A stretch of DNA of 32,000 nt from Enterobacteriaceae bacterium (GTDB lineage: Bacteria > Pseudomonadota > Gammaproteobacteria > Enterobacterales > Enterobacteriaceae), in assembly GCA_902363335.1 (NCBI GenBank), contig CABIZV010000004.1, positions 411,941 to 443,940 of the forward strand. Direction: 5' to 3'. The notes under the pieces are model-generated. The model ran no database searches. It was not told the origin of the DNA and saw nothing but the letters and a program-made list of their open reading frames with translations. The number at the start of each line of letters is the position of its first letter. The first letter of the stretch is position 1. Both the position numbers and the translations under genes were made by a program. This document shows positions 26,142 to 32,000 of this stretch, in pieces.

Positions 26142-28012
26142 ATAATATTATTTTGTTCAAATCAAAAAAACATATTCTTGTAGAAGAAAATTATAATGAG
26201 TTCATAAAATTTTGTCGCTATCAACTGTCCGGACTAACCCAAACTCAGGATTGGGAGCAGTATGCCTGGAAAGGATATGTCACATTTAGAAAAATAGGGA
26301 TTGGAAATAAAATCTTTGATTCCATTGATGCAATGCACGAAGATTATATCAATTTTGCGAAAGCATATATCAGATATCAACACACATTGAAACCATTAAA
26401 AAATTATGGGGTTATTATGATGGCCTTGCGATGTCTCGAACAGGCCCTTTTGCAGGTTCAGAACACTGGTCTCATTTATAATGTTACAGCCGTTGTTTTC
26501 GATGAGGCAATGCAGATCGGGAGTAAATATTTTGAAGGTAACGTTTTGGCTAAATGTGGAATACAGCTTGAAAAAATATCAAAGTTTCTGTGTGAACATA
26601 ATCTTGTGAAGTCAGGATATATCTCATGGAAAAACCATGTAAAACAGAAAGTCAAAAACAATTATCTTCCTGAGATTGAGGATTATCACCGAAGCGATAA
26701 GTTACCAGATGAAGAAGCATTGCTCGCTATTGCTGATATTTTTTCTCAAAATGATGAGTTACTGAGTCCAAGGGATAAGTTCACCAGTTCAGTATTTGCA
26801 CTTCTACTTTGTTGTCCGAGCAGAATTTCTGAAATTTTAGCCTTACCTGCTGATTGTGAGATTACACAAATAGATGGCAAGGGTATCGAAAGATATGGTT
26901 TGAGATTTTATTCGGTAAAAGGGTATGGCCCTAATATCAAATGGATTCCACGGGTTATGATACCAGTTGCAAAGAAAGCGATTAGAAGATTACTTTCCTT
27001 ATCACAAAATGCAAGAGCACTTGCTCACTGGTGCGAAAAGTACCCGGATAAATTTTACCGACATGAGCTTTGCCCAACAGTTGATGAAAAAGCTAAATTG
27101 ACCGTTGTACAAGTTTGCCATGCACTGGGGTATAATTTATTTGATCATAAATCATGTGTTTTAAAAATTAAAAGAACGAGTTTGGATGGTGGGAAAAGTT
27201 TCTTAAACCACAATGATTACAACTATTCATTGAGTAATTTGTGGGAAATTATTAGTTCTAATTTTAGCAGAGATTTTCCATGGTATGATAAAGAAAAATC
27301 CATAAAATTTAGTAATGCTTTATGCTTGCTCAATACTGATCAATTTTCTTTATCAAGAATGACTTCAATTTTCACATTTTACAAACCTACTAAAAGTTTC
27401 TTTTTCAGTGACATACAAAGAAAAAAAAGCTATGAGATGAATTATAAAAATATATTTTCCCGATATGGATATTATGATGATGAAGGTAAACCACTACTTA
27501 TTCGCTCACACCAGCCACGGCACCTTTTAAACACAATAGCCCATTATGGTGAAATGTCTGAACTGGATATAGCTAAATGGTCTGGTCGTATCAATGCGAA
27601 TCAGAACAGAGTTTATAACCATGTGTCGGAAGAAAATATGTTAGATAAAATCAAAGCTATTAAATTGAATAGGAGTAATTACTGTCAAAGGGAGTCAATA
27701 CCCACAAATGAATTGACAATTGATTTTGATAACCTTAATCAAGGTGCAATACACTTAACTGAATTTGGTTACTGTGTACATAACTATTTAATCAAGCCTT
27801 GTGCAAAAATTAATCATCTTATTGAATGTGATAATGAAACACCGGACATTAACTCAGTAGATAGAATTAGACTGCAATCTGTCCGAGAGAAAGTAATGCA
27901 ATTAAAGAGAATAACTCAGATCGCTTATGAAAATGGTGATTATGGTGCAGACAAATGGTTGCAACACCACAAAAAAAATTTGGAAAGAATTAATAAACTA
28001 TTGAATAATTGA
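26138..28012 (+). CDS. Tyrosine recombinase 3 of the trio (GinC / Tn554 TnpB-like, large)
   Basis: 624 aa with an ATGA overlap with the previous gene. Motifs are CCPSRISEILAL (R), RSHQPRHLLNTIA (HxxR) and IAKWSGRINANQNRVYNH (W...Y). Confidence 0.8.
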   Translation: MNNIILFKSKKHILVEENYNEFIKFCRYQLSGLTQTQDWEQYAWKGYVTFRKIGIGNKIFDSIDAMHEDYINFAKAYIRYQHTLKPLKNYGVIMMALRCLEQALLQVQNTGLIYNVTAVVFDEAMQIGSKYFEGNVLAKCGIQLEKISKFLCEHNLVKSGYISWKNHVKQKVKNNYLPEIEDYHRSDKLPDEEALLAIADIFSQNDELLSPRDKFTSSVFALLLCCPSRISEILALPADCEITQIDGKGIERYGLRFYSVKGYGPNIKWIPRVMIPVAKKAIRRLLSLSQNARALAHWCEKYPDKFYRHELCPTVDEKAKLTVVQVCHALGYNLFDHKSCVLKIKRTSLDGGKSFLNHNDYNYSLSNLWEIISSNFSRDFPWYDKEKSIKFSNALCLLNTDQFSLSRMTSIFTFYKPTKSFFFSDIQRKKSYEMNYKNIFSRYGYYDDEGKPLLIRSHQPRHLLNTIAHYGEMSELDIAKWSGRINANQNRVYNHVSEENMLDKIKAIKLNRSNYCQRESIPTNELTIDFDNLNQGAIHLTEFGYCVHNYLIKPCAKINHLIECDNETPDINSVDRIRLQSVREKVMQLKRITQIAYENGDYGADKWLQHHKKNLERINKLLNN

Positions 28013-28026
28013 AACAGGAGATGCAT

Positions 28027-28413
28027 ATGGCAAAACATTTAAACAGGAGTGAAATAAAGGCAATTAAACACATTATACTGACTTGGGACGGTAAAATCAC
28101 ATGGAGCGATTTATGTGAATCAGTTTATAAGAATCTAAACAGAACTATCACAAGGCAATCTCTAAGTGCTCATGATGAAGTTGTTGAAGCATATAGAACA
28201 AAGAAAAATTTGTCTAATTTGAAAAAATCTGGCCTTAAAAAGCCAGCTAACTTAACGATTGCGGCACAACAAATATTAAATCTTAAAGCCGAAAATGAAA
28301 TGTTAAAAAAACAGAACAATAGATACAAAGAGCAGTTTAGCTATTGGCAGTATAATGCTTATAGACATGGTCTCACTATGGAACAATTGAATAGACCATT
28401 TAATAAAAAATAA
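28027..28413 (+). CDS. Small accessory protein of the recombinase module (GinD/TnpC-like)
   Basis: 128 aa counted from the ATG at 28027, with CAGGAG 6 nt upstream. It is basic, with a coiled-coil-like tail (LNLKAENEMLKKQNNRYKEQ). The assignment rests on position as the fourth gene of the operon. Confidence 0.55.
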   Translation: MAKHLNRSEIKAIKHIILTWDGKITWSDLCESVYKNLNRTITRQSLSAHDEVVEAYRTKKNLSNLKKSGLKKPANLTIAAQQILNLKAENEMLKKQNNRYKEQFSYWQYNAYRHGLTMEQLNRPFNKK

Positions 28414-28500
28414 TAGTTGATAGGTTACACCTATTGACAAGTTAAATAAATACGATAAATATAAATATATGGTCAGGATGACTATTTCAATTATGCAAGG

Positions 28501-28935
28501 ATGCATTTTATGGACAAAAACATCATCAATTCAGAGTTTACTCTGGAAGAGCAACTTATCATTATAATTGATAAATATATCTCAAAACGGTACCAGCCCG
28601 GAGATAAAAGTTTCTCATATCAACTTTACTTAATTTTTGTGGGATACCATTTAAAATATTTTTACCCTAAAAGGATTTATTCCAAATCCAATCGTAATAT
28701 TGATAACATAATGACTATGTTTAGCTCGGTATACAAAAATCTGACAAGCAATCTTCTACAACGATTAAATAACAAAGAAGGAGTTATTAGGGAACTAAAC
28801 TCGCTTGTTAATTACATAGATAACAATCAAGAAAAAGCAGAGGAAATCTATGCTACTGTCAGAGCACAATATGAAATGAAAGTAATTGAGAAAGAGTTAA
28901 CCCATGAAGTTCGCGTAAGAACCGTCAGGTTATAG
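28501..28935 (+). CDS. Hypothetical protein (about 141-144 aa)
   Basis: AT-rich ORF. The better start is probably the ATG at 28510. No recognisable motif. Confidence 0.4.
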   Translation: MHFMDKNIINSEFTLEEQLIIIIDKYISKRYQPGDKSFSYQLYLIFVGYHLKYFYPKRIYSKSNRNIDNIMTMFSSVYKNLTSNLLQRLNNKEGVIRELNSLVNYIDNNQEKAEEIYATVRAQYEMKVIEKELTHEVRVRTVRL

Positions 28936-28945
28936 GCAATAAAAA

Positions 28946-28963
28946 GCCCCTAAGCAGGGGCTA
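28946..28963 (-). terminator. Hairpin terminator between convergent genes
   Basis: The sequence is agcccct-aagc-aggggct. The A-run on its left gives a U-run in minus sense, so it terminates the lipoprotein operon. It may also act on the plus-strand gene. Confidence 0.65.
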
Positions 28964-28985
28964 AAAGACTTCTTGATATAGGCTA

Positions 28986-29312
28986 CTACTGAACTTCTTT
29001 CCAGACACCATCAGATTTGATTAGTTTTACTGGTTTTGTTTGTTTCATATTACTAATAGAGGCATCGACAATGCAGTTATAAACATTGTTTGCTTCTTCT
29101 GTGCAACTAACTTTCTTCACGTAATCGATTCTTAAAAGATCTTTTTCTGTAACTCTTGAATCAAGAGCTTTCATACTTGTATTTGTTCTATCTACAACAC
29201 TTTTGAAAACATTGTATATATCGTCTTGCGATGGTTCATTGTTACATGCGGTTAGAAGGAAGGTGGTAATGATAACTGTGATAATTGAGTATATTTTCAT
29301 TTTCTTATCCAA
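28986..29312 (-). CDS. Small lipoprotein (108 aa)
   Basis: The signal peptide has the lipobox LLTAC (MKIYSIITVIITTFLLTAC). It is the last gene of a three-gene minus-strand cluster. Confidence 0.7.
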   Translation of the reverse strand: MDKKMKIYSIITVIITTFLLTACNNEPSQDDIYNVFKSVVDRTNTSMKALDSRVTEKDLLRIDYVKKVSCTEEANNVYNCIVDASISNMKQTKPVKLIKSDGVWKEVQ

Positions 29313-29319
29313 AAAACAA

Positions 29320-29706
29320 TTAATTAAGAATGCCAGTTTTGGTGTTGTTATTGTCAGAGGAAAAAGTCCATTTACTTACAGTCTCTCCCTTGAAGTCGAT
29401 TTCAAGAGTTTTAGACTGAGTTTGGGAACCGCCAGTAAACAGCCCCACAACAGGAATGAAAGTCGTTGCATTGAACTGATTGTTAGACATGAAATATTTC
29501 CATTGCTCATTTCCATCATCGAGTGTGGTTCTTGTATCAGGCTCACCTAACTTAGTGAGTAATTCCGTCTTAGTTGTTTTGTTTTTAATGATCTTTGACT
29601 GGAGGCTTTGTGGTGTTTCGTTTTTAAGGTTCTGGTTCCCTGATGTTGAACAGCCAGAAAGCAGGAAGACAATAATAAAAAAAGAGGACGTTATAAATCG
29701 GTTCAT
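29320..29706 (-). CDS. Small lipoprotein (128 aa), possibly BamE/SmpA-OmlA-like fold
   Basis: The signal peptide has the lipobox LLSGC. The IKNKTTKTELLTKLGEPD motif resembles BamE-like lipoproteins, but the call is weak. Confidence 0.65.
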   Translation of the reverse strand: MNRFITSSFFIIVFLLSGCSTSGNQNLKNETPQSLQSKIIKNKTTKTELLTKLGEPDTRTTLDDGNEQWKYFMSNNQFNATTFIPVVGLFTGGSQTQSKTLEIDFKGETVSKWTFSSDNNNTKTGILN

Positions 29707-29747
29707 TTACTTTCTCATTTTATGTTTGCGGTTGTGTGAAATTAATT

Positions 29748-30020
29748 TCACCGTATAAAAACAACTCTGTCTGCATACATTCTTTTGATTTTATAGATAA
29801 GAATAATGATGCTTACGAAAAACGTAATGACTGATACAAGAGTGCTGCCGGTCCACGAAAATGCTAACCACGCGAGACCAAATGCCACGAATTGAAACAG
29901 GAATGCCACACTGAGCGGGCTTTCACCGTAAGCGACCTTTGCATGACAGCCTTTGCAAATCCGCACACCATGAGGACTTTGTGTAAAGCAGAACGGGCAC
30001 TTTATTGTTTCGTTTTCCAT
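29748..30020 (-). CDS. Zinc-ribbon membrane protein (90 aa)
   Basis: The N-terminus is CPFC...x12...CKGC, followed by two hydrophobic helices (LSVAFLFQFVAFGLAWLAF and LVSVITFFVSIIILIY). Confidence 0.55.
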   Translation of the reverse strand: MENETIKCPFCFTQSPHGVRICKGCHAKVAYGESPLSVAFLFQFVAFGLAWLAFSWTGSTLVSVITFFVSIIILIYKIKRMYADRVVFIR

Positions 30021-30244
30021 AGCTATCCCAATCTGGAAGATTAAATGGTGCGTTTACAGAGATTCTCGATGACCGACTCGCTTTAGTAAAATTGCTTGTA
30101 CCGATCGATGGTTGCTGCTTGATAGGTGTTATCTTTCATAACTAGTTTATCGATCTGTAATAACGATCAATATTTTCTTGACTAAACACAAATCTATTAC
30201 TAGAGAATAGAGTGTGGTTACGAAAGGTGTTTACAACTAGCTGT

Positions 30245-31429
<1,185 letters not shown>

Positions 31430-31928
31430 AGGGTTTGCTCCATATGTCAGCATTTAGCAGATGCTGGCGAAGCTCTTCCAGTTGTCGCTTCACAGCGAAA
31501 AGCTCTGTATAAGTAAGCCGGCTATCTTTACTCTTACTATCGATATGATGAGCAATACGGTTTAGCTTCTGATTGATCTCACCCAGAGTCTTCCATGTAT
31601 CGATGTTTACAGGAGGTACAATCGTGGGGAGCTTCTGTAAGGAAGCCATACGTAACCATTCACCTTTTGCGTAATGACCTCTGAGATAATTCAATTTACT
31701 TAATTCTTTATTATTTAATCTCACACTGATACAGTGGGCTCGAAGTTCATTGTGTGTGATTTTAGCGCAAGCTTCGTTGCCATTTTTTTTAATTGACAGC
31801 AGTTCTGAATTTCTTGGTTTTTCAATGTTGTGTTTTTTCATATGACATCCTTGTAATATGGTTAAATATTTATTAATTCATTTATAGTATTGTGTCAACA
31901 TCCATTGTCATTATTTATTCAATCACGA

Positions 31929-31957
31929 TAACGAGCCATGATAGATAAGGCTCGTTA
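31929..31957. promoter_or_regulatory. Candidate oriT inverted repeat
   Basis: Perfect 9-bp inverted repeat taacgagcc-N11-ggctcgtta, about 90 bp upstream of mobC in an AT-rich leader. Confidence 0.4.
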
Positions 31958-32000
31958 CAATTCATCTAATGCGGTGGAAAGTCCTATTCGCTAAAAGTAA

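Overview
This is an enterobacterial-type chromosomal segment made of four blocks.

(1) 1-6500: a GC-rich, Fur-controlled heme uptake and anaerobic heme degradation operon on the minus strand. Gene order is chuA, chuT, chuW, chuX, chuY, chuU. chuU is cut by the window edge.

(2) 6690-9500: a small islet of lower GC. It holds a LexA-box-controlled dinI-like gene, a tetR-MFS efflux pair and an orphan ORF fragment.

(3) 9625-21411: an apparently complete P4-like phage satellite.
- It is bounded by a 94-bp imperfect direct repeat with a 22-bp identical core.
- Its backbone is int, a cos site, psu, delta, sid, a control region with iterons and TGT-N12-ACA sites, a P4-like left operon, and alpha primase-helicase followed by crr-like iterons.
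- It carries two AT-rich single-gene cargo slots. One is a NACHT/STAND NTPase in the psu-int slot, which is known as a defence hotspot. The other is a membrane-anchored HsdR_N/PD-(D/E)xK-like protein between crr and att.

(4) 21412-32000: a second AT-rich mobile region abutting the same att core.
- It starts with an unknown 281-aa gene, an alpA-family gene and a 99-aa gene.
- Next comes a four-gene module of three tyrosine recombinases plus a small protein. This matches the GInt ginABCD / Tn554-like layout.
- Its cargo holds a three-gene envelope operon (a Zn-ribbon membrane protein plus two lipoproteins) and a mobC-relaxase pair with a candidate oriT.

No rRNA gene, complete tRNA gene or CRISPR array was found. 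All functional calls come from motif reading by eye and remembered family features. No database search was run.
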